Below are positions 49,432 to 58,027 of a stretch of DNA of 64,000 bases, one piece after another. Under the pieces are notes generated by a model, which made no database searches, was not told the origin of the DNA, and saw only the letters and a list, made by a program, of their open reading frames with translations. Position 1 is the first letter of the stretch. Each line of letters begins with the position of its first letter. The translations under genes were made by a program, and so were the position numbers. The DNA comes from Myxococcota bacterium (GTDB lineage Bacteria; Myxococcota_A; Polyangia; Nannocystales; Nannocystaceae): assembly GCA_039028615.1 (NCBI GenBank), contig JBCCHT010000013.1, positions 191,273 through 255,272 on the forward strand, in the 5' to 3' direction.

Positions 49432-50301
49432 TCAAGTCCAATAGAGGATCGCGCCCGTCGCGACCACGTACAGCAGGATCGCGGACATGAAGATCGGGTC
49501 CCGCAGCATCCCGTCGGTGGGGCTCTCGGAGTCCTCGTTGCGGGTGGCGAGGTGAATGAAGCGCACGATCGCCACCATGGGCAGGGGCACGGTGTAGATG
49601 AGCGCGTCGGTCCCGAACGCCAGCACCGTCTGCGGGCTGCGGGTGTAGGCGGCGTAGGTCACCACCACCGCCGCGGCCAGAGCGTGGAGGATCCACCGCA
49701 GGCTCCGCTCGTCGTAGCGGGCCAGCGCCGCCCGTTGCTTGCGGGCGTCTCGGGCGGTGGCCAGCTCGTGCGCTCGCTTGCCGAAGCCCAGGAACAACGC
49801 GAGCAAGAAGGTACAGGCCAGCACCCACGGCGACGCGTCGACGCCAATGGCAAAGGCCCCCGCCAGCACCCGTAGGATGAAGAACAGGGCGATCAGCAGG
49901 ACGTCGAGGTAGGCGATCTGCTTGAGCCGAAAGCTGTACGCGACGTTGAGCACGAAGTAGCTGCCCAGCATCGCCGCGAACATCGGCTCGAGCAGCAAGG
50001 CCAGGCTTCCGGCCACTGGGACGGCGACGAAGAGGAAGCTACGGGCCGCGCCGACGGGCAAGGCGCCGGACGCGATGGGGCGATGGCGCTTTTTGGGGTG
50101 CTCCCGGTCGGCCTCGACGTCGACCAGATCGTTGAGCACATAGACGCAGCCCGAAATGAGGGAAAACAGGGCAACCGCGGCCAGGGTGTGCTTGACGCTG
50201 TCCACATCGAGCAGACGGAGCGAAAAGAACAGCGGGGCGGCGACGAACGAGTTTTTGACCCACTGCCGGGGGCGGAGGGTCTTGATAAGCGCAAGGAGCA
50301 C
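49432..50301 (-). CDS. Decaprenyl-phosphate phosphoribosyltransferase (UbiA family, Rv3806c/NoeC-like)
   Basis: RPRQWVKN, YVLNDLVDVEADREHPKKRHRPIASG, YSFRLK, LRVLAG, GKRAHEL and ESPT. Confidence 0.85.
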   Translation of the reverse strand: MLLALIKTLRPRQWVKNSFVAAPLFFSLRLLDVDSVKHTLAAVALFSLISGCVYVLNDLVDVEADREHPKKRHRPIASGALPVGAARSFLFVAVPVAGSLALLLEPMFAAMLGSYFVLNVAYSFRLKQIAYLDVLLIALFFILRVLAGAFAIGVDASPWVLACTFLLALFLGFGKRAHELATARDARKQRAALARYDERSLRWILHALAAAVVVTYAAYTRSPQTVLAFGTDALIYTVPLPMVAIVRFIHLATRNEDSESPTDGMLRDPIFMSAILLYVVATGAILYWT

Positions 50302-50374
50302 GATAAGTCCCGGACAACTGGGTATGTCCCGAAACTATGGCATGGGGCGGTTCGATGTTCCATGATCCGCGGCC

Positions 50375-53300
50375 ATGCGCGCCACGGTCGTCCGCCTCTC
50401 CCTCGTGCTGTCGGCGCTCGCGTTGGTGTCGGTGCCCGGCCACAGCCCCGCTGCCCCGCCTGCGTTCGATTCTTCACGGCTCGGGGAGGGCCCGGGTCGC
50501 TGGGCCCGAGAGCTCGAGCGCCGCGAGGGGATCTTGGCGCGCCACCGCGGCAAGGACCCGGCCGCCATGCTGGCCCTGGCCGGGCTGTTGCCCCAGCTCG
50601 AGGGCGAGCTGCCCCCCGGGACCCTGGAGAAATTCGTCGACGGCATCGCCGACGATCGCTCGCGTCACCCGCTGGTCCGCAGCTACGCCGGCCTGCTTCG
50701 CGTGCGGCTCCACGAGGAGCACGGCGACCTGGCGGCGGCCAAGGCCCGGCTCTCCGACGAGGGCTACCTCAGCAGCTGGCAGATCGCGGGGCCCTTCGAC
50801 AACTCGGGGCGCAAGGGCGAGACCGAGGCCTACGCGCCCGAGCTCGAGCCCTTTTCCGTCACCCAGGACTTCTTCGGCAAGCTGCCCGACGAACCGCTGA
50901 GCTGGCGGCAGTACGACTACGAGGGCATCCCTCGCGGCGGCTACGTCTCGTTCGACGACCTGCTGCGGCCCAACGAAGAGGTCACGGGCTACGCGACGTG
51001 CTGGGTGCACGTGGACGCGCGCACCGAGGCGACCCTGCACCTGGGCACGGGTGGCCCCTATGTCGCGTGGGTCGGCAAAGATGCGGTGGGTCGCGGCGAC
51101 GCCTACCGGGCTCCGCACCCGCTGCAAGAGGCTCACCCCGTGGTGCTCGAGCCGGGCTGGAACCGGCTTTTGGTCAAGACGAGCGCGCAGGCGGGGATGT
51201 GGGGCTTTTATGCTCGGCTCAGCCAGCGCTCCGGGGCGCCCATCAAGGGGCTGCGCGCCGTGTCCGAGCCCGAGTCGGGGGCGCCCACCGAGCCGCCTGA
51301 CCTCGGCGGCGGCCTCGGTGCCCCCACCACCGAGGCGGACAAGCTGTCGCTGCGAGGCCTGCTCGAAAAACGCTACCCGGGGGCGCGCGATCCCGATGCC
51401 AAGCGCCCTGGGCCGGGCGCGGCCGGGCTCGCGTTGCTCGAGCTGTATCGCTGGATTCACCCCTTCGACCGGGACGACACCACCGCCGCCGAGCTGGCGG
51501 TCAAGGTCGACGAGCAGGTGATGACGGCCCGCTCGGCGTGGGTTCGTTCCGCGCTCGATCGCGATCCGGGTACGAGCTTGGTCGCGCTGGAAGAAGGCAT
51601 CGATCGGGCGCGCAAGGACGGCGCCAAGTCTCAGGCGATGCTGGGCGAGCTGCTGCTCGAGCTGGCGTGGCGCCGCCGCTCGCTGGGGCTCGAGCGGGGC
51701 TACCGAGACCTCATCGACGAAGCGCGAGGGCTGGTGCCCGACGACCCGATGATCGCGCTGGCGCAGATCGACCGCCTCTCCGACGACGGCTATCGCTGGC
51801 TGGCGGTGGAGCGGCTGCGTGAGCTCATCAAACACTTCCCCACGTCGACGACCCTGCGTCGCAACCTCGCGGTGCGGCTGCGCGAGCAGGGGCGCACCGA
51901 GGACGCCCTGCAGACCCTGGCCGTACTGGCCAAGGATCGCGGGACCTCGCAGGGCTTCGCCTCGGCGCGCATCGACGCCTTGCTCGAGCTGGGGCGCCCC
52001 GACGACGCGGCCGCGGTGGCCACGGGAGCGGCGAACGCGTCTCCCGGCTTGCCCGAGGCGCATGCCCGCCTGGCCGAGGTCGAGCTGGCGCGCGGAGACC
52101 TGGGGCAGGCCCGCGCCGCGCTGGCCAAGGCCATTGCCCTGGCCCCGCAGGCGGCCGAGCTGCATGTGTCGATGGGCAGCCTGCTGCTCCGCGGCGGGCT
52201 CAAGGGCGCGGCCGTCGGCGCCTTCGAGCGCTCGCTGCAGCTCAAGCCGCAGCAGCCCGAGGTTCGCGACCTGCTCGCCAGCCTCGACACCGCGCGCACC
52301 GAAGACCTGCTCGCCCGCTACGACGTCGACCTGGCCAAGCTCGGCACGCTGAAGGTCCCGCCGCAGTGGAAGGGGCGCGACGCCGGCATCCTCCATCATC
52401 GCGTGGCCGTGCGGGTGCTGCCCAACGGGCTCACCGAGCGCCTCGATCACCGCATCATCCGGGTGCTCGACGACCGTGGCATTCGCAGCCAAGCGGGGCA
52501 GGGGCTGGCCTACGACCCGGCCGAGAGCACGGTGGAGGTCCGCCGCGCCCGGGTCCATCGGCGCGACGGCACCATCGAGGAACTCGGCGAGGCCCGCATC
52601 TACGGCCTCGCCTCGGCCGGCTACCGCATGTACTACGACCAGCGGCAGGTCCAGGTGCAGTTCCCGGGGCTGCGGGTCGGCGACACCATCGAGGTGGCCT
52701 TCCTGCGCCGTGACGTGGCCGCCCGCAACATGTTCGACGAGTACTTCGGCGACCTCATGCCCCTGCAGGGCAGCGAGCCGCGGCGCCACGTCGAGTACGT
52801 GCTCGAGGCCCCCAGCGACAAGCCGCTGTACTTCAATCGGCCCGTCGAGGAAAACCAGAGCCCCGATGGCTCGATGACCACCTACCGGCTCGAGCGCAAC
52901 GACGTCCCCGGGCTCAAGGCCGAGTCGGCCATGCCGGGCTGGACCGAGATCGCCGACTACCTACACGTCAGCACCTATCGCAACTGGGACGACGTGGGGC
53001 GCTGGTACTGGAACCTCGTCAACGAGCAGTTGGTGGTCGACGACAAGATCCGCGAGGGCGTGGCCAATGCCATCGCCTCGCTGCCGCCCGACGCCAGCGA
53101 GCGCGACAAGGTCGACGCCATCTACGAGCACGTGGTCCGCAACACCCGCTACGTGGGCCTCGAATTCGGCATCCACGGCTACAAGCCCTATCGGACCACC
53201 GACATCTACAGCCGCCGCTTCGGCGACTGCAAGGACAAGGCGAGCCTGCTCAAGGTCATGCTGGCCGAGGTCGGCATCGACAGTCACCTCGTGCTCGTGC

Positions 53301-54154
53301 GCACCCGCGACCAGGGCACCTTGCCCGGCAAGACGGCCAGCCTCGCCGCGTTCAACCACGCGATCACCTACGTGCCCTCGCTCGACCTGTTCCTCGACGG
53401 GACGGCCGAGTGGTCGGGCCCCGGGGAGCTGCCCAGCAACGACCAGGGCGCCACCGTGCTCATCATCAACGACGGCGACGGGGCCACCTTCCGCACCATC
53501 CCCATGAGCAAGGCGCCCGACAACGGGCGGCGCACCGAAGAGAGCGTTGCGCTGGGGCTCGACGGGGCCGCGCGCATCGACCAGAAGGTCACCGTATGGG
53601 GTGGCGGGGCGGCGGGCGTGCGCTACGGCTTCCAGTCGCCCGAGCAACGCAAGGAGCGGCTCACCAACGCCTTCGGCGACGAGTTCCCCGGGGTGCAGGT
53701 CAGCGACGTGAAGGCCCCCGGCCTCGACGACATCCTCCAGCCCGCGCGCCTGCAGGCGGAGCTGTCCGTGCCCAGCTGGGCCACCAAGCAGGGCGACCGC
53801 CTGCGCTTTTCCGTGCTCGGCCGTGAGTCCCGGCTCACCCAGGCCCTGGCCAGTACCACCGAGCGCGAGCACGACCTCGTGCTCGATCTGCCCTCCACCG
53901 AGGAATACGAGATGCGCTACGCGTTGCCGGCCGGCCACGAGTTCTCGCGCATCCCCTCCAACAAGACCATCGACAGCCCGGTCGGTCGCTTCTCCCTCGA
54001 GGTGCAGCGCGACGACGGGGGCGCCCGGGTGCGTAGCCGCCTGGAGCTCACCAAGCCCCGCATCACCCCCGCCGAGTACGACGCCTTCCGGCAGTTCCTC
54101 CGCCAAGTCGACGCCAGCCTCGAGCAGAGCTTCGAGGTCTCCCCGCAGCGATGA
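50375..54154 (+). CDS. Secreted TPR + DUF3857 + transglutaminase-core protein with intact Cys-His-Asp
   Basis: Signal peptide, WQIAGPF beta-domain, TPRs, FPGLRVGDTIE (DUF3857-like), RYVGLEFG, GDCKDKA, FNHAI and LDGT. Confidence 0.8.
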   Translation: MRATVVRLSLVLSALALVSVPGHSPAAPPAFDSSRLGEGPGRWARELERREGILARHRGKDPAAMLALAGLLPQLEGELPPGTLEKFVDGIADDRSRHPLVRSYAGLLRVRLHEEHGDLAAAKARLSDEGYLSSWQIAGPFDNSGRKGETEAYAPELEPFSVTQDFFGKLPDEPLSWRQYDYEGIPRGGYVSFDDLLRPNEEVTGYATCWVHVDARTEATLHLGTGGPYVAWVGKDAVGRGDAYRAPHPLQEAHPVVLEPGWNRLLVKTSAQAGMWGFYARLSQRSGAPIKGLRAVSEPESGAPTEPPDLGGGLGAPTTEADKLSLRGLLEKRYPGARDPDAKRPGPGAAGLALLELYRWIHPFDRDDTTAAELAVKVDEQVMTARSAWVRSALDRDPGTSLVALEEGIDRARKDGAKSQAMLGELLLELAWRRRSLGLERGYRDLIDEARGLVPDDPMIALAQIDRLSDDGYRWLAVERLRELIKHFPTSTTLRRNLAVRLREQGRTEDALQTLAVLAKDRGTSQGFASARIDALLELGRPDDAAAVATGAANASPGLPEAHARLAEVELARGDLGQARAALAKAIALAPQAAELHVSMGSLLLRGGLKGAAVGAFERSLQLKPQQPEVRDLLASLDTARTEDLLARYDVDLAKLGTLKVPPQWKGRDAGILHHRVAVRVLPNGLTERLDHRIIRVLDDRGIRSQAGQGLAYDPAESTVEVRRARVHRRDGTIEELGEARIYGLASAGYRMYYDQRQVQVQFPGLRVGDTIEVAFLRRDVAARNMFDEYFGDLMPLQGSEPRRHVEYVLEAPSDKPLYFNRPVEENQSPDGSMTTYRLERNDVPGLKAESAMPGWTEIADYLHVSTYRNWDDVGRWYWNLVNEQLVVDDKIREGVANAIASLPPDASERDKVDAIYEHVVRNTRYVGLEFGIHGYKPYRTTDIYSRRFGDCKDKASLLKVMLAEVGIDSHLVLVRTRDQGTLPGKTASLAAFNHAITYVPSLDLFLDGTAEWSGPGELPSNDQGATVLIINDGDGATFRTIPMSKAPDNGRRTEESVALGLDGAARIDQKVTVWGGGAAGVRYGFQSPEQRKERLTNAFGDEFPGVQVSDVKAPGLDDILQPARLQAELSVPSWATKQGDRLRFSVLGRESRLTQALASTTEREHDLVLDLPSTEEYEMRYALPAGHEFSRIPSNKTIDSPVGRFSLEVQRDDGGARVRSRLELTKPRITPAEYDAFRQFLRQVDASLEQSFEVSPQR

Positions 54155-57100
54155 TTCACCTCAGCGAACAATCTTCCTCCGGCTCGGTCCTCGCTCCTCG
54201 CGGGCGTGCGCGTCGGCTCGTCACGCGACTGGGCTTGATGCTGTCGGTCGTCGGGGTGCTCTCGGCCTGCCGCGGCACCGCCCCCACGCCTCCGCTGGAT
54301 CCGAACGATCCACAGGCGCTGGAAAAGCACCTGCTCGAGCGCCTGCAGAAGAACCCCGACGACGTCGGGGCACAGCGCGACCTGGCCCATCTGCGATGGA
54401 TGCACATCGGGAGCACCACCGAGGCCTTGCCGTCGATCGATCGGCTGGCCGCGGACGGTGATGCGGTGTCTCGGCTGTCGCGCTTGGTCATCGCCGGCAC
54501 CCGAGACGAGCCCGCCGTGGTCCAGGCGCTGGCCTTTGCCGCCCTGCGCGACCTGTCGGCGAGCGATCCGGCCGACCCCGACTATCGGCTGCACGCCGCC
54601 GCAGCCGAGTACGCGGCGCGGCTCATCAGCGACGTGCACGGCGATCGAGAAGGGGACGACGACCGCTTCGTCGAGCTGTACGACGAGCTCGAGGTCGGCG
54701 CGCTGCCCTTTTCCGTGGCGCAGCCGCTGTTGAGCCTGCGTGCCGCCATCGCGCGGCGTCACGGCGGCAACTACCGCGAGTACTATGACCGCCAGGGCTG
54801 CGTGCAGGACTGGCAGGCGGGCCCCGTGGAGGGCAGCCGCGGCGTGGTGGAGCTTGCTCGGGTCGAGCCCGGGAGCTTCCCGCTCGACGATGCGCCCGTG
54901 GTGCCGCTGGCCTGCGTGGTGCGGGTGTGGAACCCCGCGCCGTCGCCCGGTATTCGCCGCATGGCCTCTCACCTGAAGGTCGACGACAGCGGCACCGTGG
55001 TGCTCAACGTCGGGGCCCAGCAGCCCACGCGGTTCTTCCTCGATGGCACCCCGCTATTGCGGACCGACGGCATCGATCGCTTCTCGCCCGGTCGCGTCAG
55101 CCTGCAGGTCCAGCTCGAAGCGGGCTGGCATCGCATCGAGGCACACACCACCATTCCGGGGGAAGCGGCCTGGGTCATGGTGCGCGCGGTCGAGGCCGGC
55201 GGGGGCGAGCCGCTGCCGGTCGCCGCCGCGCCCGGGGGCGAGCTGGCTCCCGCGTGGACCGGTCGTCCGCAGCGGGTGCTGACGCCCTGGCCCGATGCGG
55301 TGCCAGGCGTCGAAGGCCCGATCTACGCCCCTCTGCGAGCCTTGCTGGCCGTCGACGACGCGCTGGCCGAGGGGGATGCCGACCGAGCGGAGCGCCGCGT
55401 GTCGCTGCTCGACACGGCCGAGCAGTTCGCTCAGGGGCACGCCATGCGGGCGCGCTTCGAGCGAGCCGATCCGTCGCGAGGCCGCACCGTGTCGATGTCG
55501 CGCGAGGTCGAGGCGCTGGAAAAGGCCCTCGAACTCGATGCCTCGCTCGACCACGTGCGCCTCCGGCTGCTGCAGATCCAGCGCGATCGTGGCGAGGATG
55601 CCGAAGTCGAGCGCGCGCTTCAGGAGCTGCCCGCCGGGCGCCTGGCGGGGATCGACGGCGAGCTGATGCGCTTTTCCGTGTTCCTGGCCCAGGGCAACGA
55701 GTACCTCGCGCAGCAAGCTCTCGACCGCGCCTCTTTGAACAGCCCACGGGGCTGCAAGGTGCTCATGGCTCAGCGGGCACTCGCGCGCGAGCGGGCCGAT
55801 GTGCGGGCCGAGGATCAAATCGCGGAGTCCCTGGCCGTGTGCGCGGGCAGCCTCGCCCTGCGTGCCCGCCTGGCCGAGTCGCGGGGCCGCTGGGACGACG
55901 CGATCACGCTGTGGACCGAGGTCCTCGATCGCACGCCCGACGACCTGTCCGCCCACGAGAACATGGCCCGAGTGCTCGCCCTGAGCGGCAACGTCCCCAA
56001 GGCTCGCGAGCACCTGCACACCTCGATGGTCCACAACCCGTTCCGGGTGGGCAGCCACCTGGCGCTGGCCGACCTCGACGCGACCGCGGGCAACCTCGAG
56101 GGGGCGCGCGAGGAGCTACTGGAGGCGCTGGTCAAGATCCCGCAGAGCAACGCCCTGTGGCGCTCGGCCATCGATCTGGGCCTGCACGACGACCTGATGG
56201 ACTGGCGGGTCGACGGCGCCAAGACGCTGGCCGACTACCGCGCGTCCGATGCCACCTACGATGGGGTGGGGGAGGTCTTGATCCTCGACCGCAGCGTGGC
56301 CCGGGTCTACGAAAACGGCGGCCAGCGGCAGATCGTCCACATCATTGCCCACCTGCTGAGCAAGGAGAAGCTCGACGAGTACGGTGAACTCGACATCCCC
56401 GGCGGCGCCGAGCTGCTCACCCTGCGCTCGATCAAGCCCGACGGGCGCACCCTCGAGCCGGAAATCGTGCCGGGCAAGGAAGGCGTCAGCCTGCGGCACC
56501 TCGAGATCGGCGACGTCGTCGAGTACGAGTTCATCGTCGAGCGCAGCCCGGCCGGGGCCGTCCCTGGCTACGTCGATGTCTCCACCTTCCGCTTTCAGTC
56601 CGAGGACGTGCCCTATCACCGCTCCGAGCTGGTGGTGGTGCATCCGCAGTCGGTGAAGATCCGGCACGACGACCGCAACGCGCCGCCCGTCGACGAGCCC
56701 CGCACGGTGGAATCGGACGGCAAGACGCTGCTGGTGCACCACTGGCGGGCCGAGGAAGTGCCGCGGCTCGGGGTCGAGCCCGGCTCGCGTCACTGGCTCG
56801 AGGAGCTACCCAGCGTCCACGTCTATACCGACCTGGATCTGCCGCGTTATCTCGACGGCCTGGCCGCTCAGGTTCGCAGCACGCAGCGGCGCAACCCGGC
56901 GCTGCGGGCCCTCGTGCGTCGCTTGACTCGGGGGCAGCCCAACCAGCGCAAACAGCTCGAGGCGCTGTGGTCCTGGGTGGTCGAGAACGTCGAAGACGCG
57001 GGTGACCTCGGCGTGCCCGCCACCGCGACCCTGGCCGGTCGTACCGGAAGCCGGCTCATGCTGCTGCGCGCCATGCTGCGCGAAGCGGGTATCGATGCCG

Positions 57101-57999
57101 AGCTGTGGCTGGCTCGCGACGGCTACGGTCCCAAGCCGATCCCTGGCGGGCACCCGCTGGTCGATGGCTACGAGGCCGCTCTGCTCGCGGTGAAGCTGCC
57201 CGATGCCGACGAGCGCCTGATGGTGCTCACCGCGTCCAAGGTCATGCCGCTGGGCTACCTGGCGCCGAGCTACCGGGGAGCCAAGGGCCTGCGGATCCAG
57301 CTCGAGCCCCACGAGGGCGCCTCGGGCCCGGTCACGCTGCCGGGGGCTCAGCCCGGTCTCGAGGACCGACGCCGCTACGAGATCGACTTCGAGCTCGATG
57401 CCTCGGGTGCGGGCACGGTGACCGGTACCATCACGTTGCAGGGCATGGAGGCCATCTTGTGGCGCCAGGCGCTGCGGCAGATCGACCGCGATCGCATCGA
57501 AGAAGTGTTCCAGCAGGCCGAGCTGGGCTGGCTGCCGGGGGCGAGCCTCACCTCGCTCGAGCTCGACGACGAGGATCGGCTCGACAAGCCCTTGCGGCTG
57601 CGTTTCGAGGCTCGTTCCTCGGGGGTCGGCATCACCCAGGACGGCGAACTCGTCATGCGGGCCGCGCCCATGCCCCTGAACACCGCCGCGCCCTTCGTGG
57701 CCCTGCCCGAGCGCAACACCGGGCTCGTCGTGCCCTATGCGCCCGTGCTCGAGGCCGAGCTGCACTACCGTATCGCGGGGGCCAAGCGGGTCGACGTGCC
57801 CGCGCCCGCCTCCATCGACGCCGACGTCGGCCGCTTCGAGATGAAGGTCGCGCCGGGCGAGGACGGCCCGTCCTCGGTCAAGGTCCACGTGCGCTCCACG
57901 CTGCAGACGGGCGTGCTGGCCCCGAACGAGTACCCCGAGCTCGCCGGGTTCGCCCGCGAGGTCGACCGCGCGATGCAAGAGGTCGTGCGCGCCCAGTAG
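54151..57999 (+). CDS. Lipoprotein paralogue: TPR + DUF3857 + degenerate transglutaminase-like core
   Basis: Lipobox LSAC, TPRs and LEIGDVVEYEF; ATLAGRTGSRLMLL where the GDCKD motif is expected; ATGA overlap with the upstream gene. Confidence 0.7.
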   Translation: MIHLSEQSSSGSVLAPRGRARRLVTRLGLMLSVVGVLSACRGTAPTPPLDPNDPQALEKHLLERLQKNPDDVGAQRDLAHLRWMHIGSTTEALPSIDRLAADGDAVSRLSRLVIAGTRDEPAVVQALAFAALRDLSASDPADPDYRLHAAAAEYAARLISDVHGDREGDDDRFVELYDELEVGALPFSVAQPLLSLRAAIARRHGGNYREYYDRQGCVQDWQAGPVEGSRGVVELARVEPGSFPLDDAPVVPLACVVRVWNPAPSPGIRRMASHLKVDDSGTVVLNVGAQQPTRFFLDGTPLLRTDGIDRFSPGRVSLQVQLEAGWHRIEAHTTIPGEAAWVMVRAVEAGGGEPLPVAAAPGGELAPAWTGRPQRVLTPWPDAVPGVEGPIYAPLRALLAVDDALAEGDADRAERRVSLLDTAEQFAQGHAMRARFERADPSRGRTVSMSREVEALEKALELDASLDHVRLRLLQIQRDRGEDAEVERALQELPAGRLAGIDGELMRFSVFLAQGNEYLAQQALDRASLNSPRGCKVLMAQRALARERADVRAEDQIAESLAVCAGSLALRARLAESRGRWDDAITLWTEVLDRTPDDLSAHENMARVLALSGNVPKAREHLHTSMVHNPFRVGSHLALADLDATAGNLEGAREELLEALVKIPQSNALWRSAIDLGLHDDLMDWRVDGAKTLADYRASDATYDGVGEVLILDRSVARVYENGGQRQIVHIIAHLLSKEKLDEYGELDIPGGAELLTLRSIKPDGRTLEPEIVPGKEGVSLRHLEIGDVVEYEFIVERSPAGAVPGYVDVSTFRFQSEDVPYHRSELVVVHPQSVKIRHDDRNAPPVDEPRTVESDGKTLLVHHWRAEEVPRLGVEPGSRHWLEELPSVHVYTDLDLPRYLDGLAAQVRSTQRRNPALRALVRRLTRGQPNQRKQLEALWSWVVENVEDAGDLGVPATATLAGRTGSRLMLLRAMLREAGIDAELWLARDGYGPKPIPGGHPLVDGYEAALLAVKLPDADERLMVLTASKVMPLGYLAPSYRGAKGLRIQLEPHEGASGPVTLPGAQPGLEDRRRYEIDFELDASGAGTVTGTITLQGMEAILWRQALRQIDRDRIEEVFQQAELGWLPGASLTSLELDDEDRLDKPLRLRFEARSSGVGITQDGELVMRAAPMPLNTAAPFVALPERNTGLVVPYAPVLEAELHYRIAGAKRVDVPAPASIDADVGRFEMKVAPGEDGPSSVKVHVRSTLQTGVLAPNEYPELAGFAREVDRAMQEVVRAQ

Positions 58000-58027
58000 C
58001 GTGGCCTTTCGTGGTCTCGTGCGGCCG

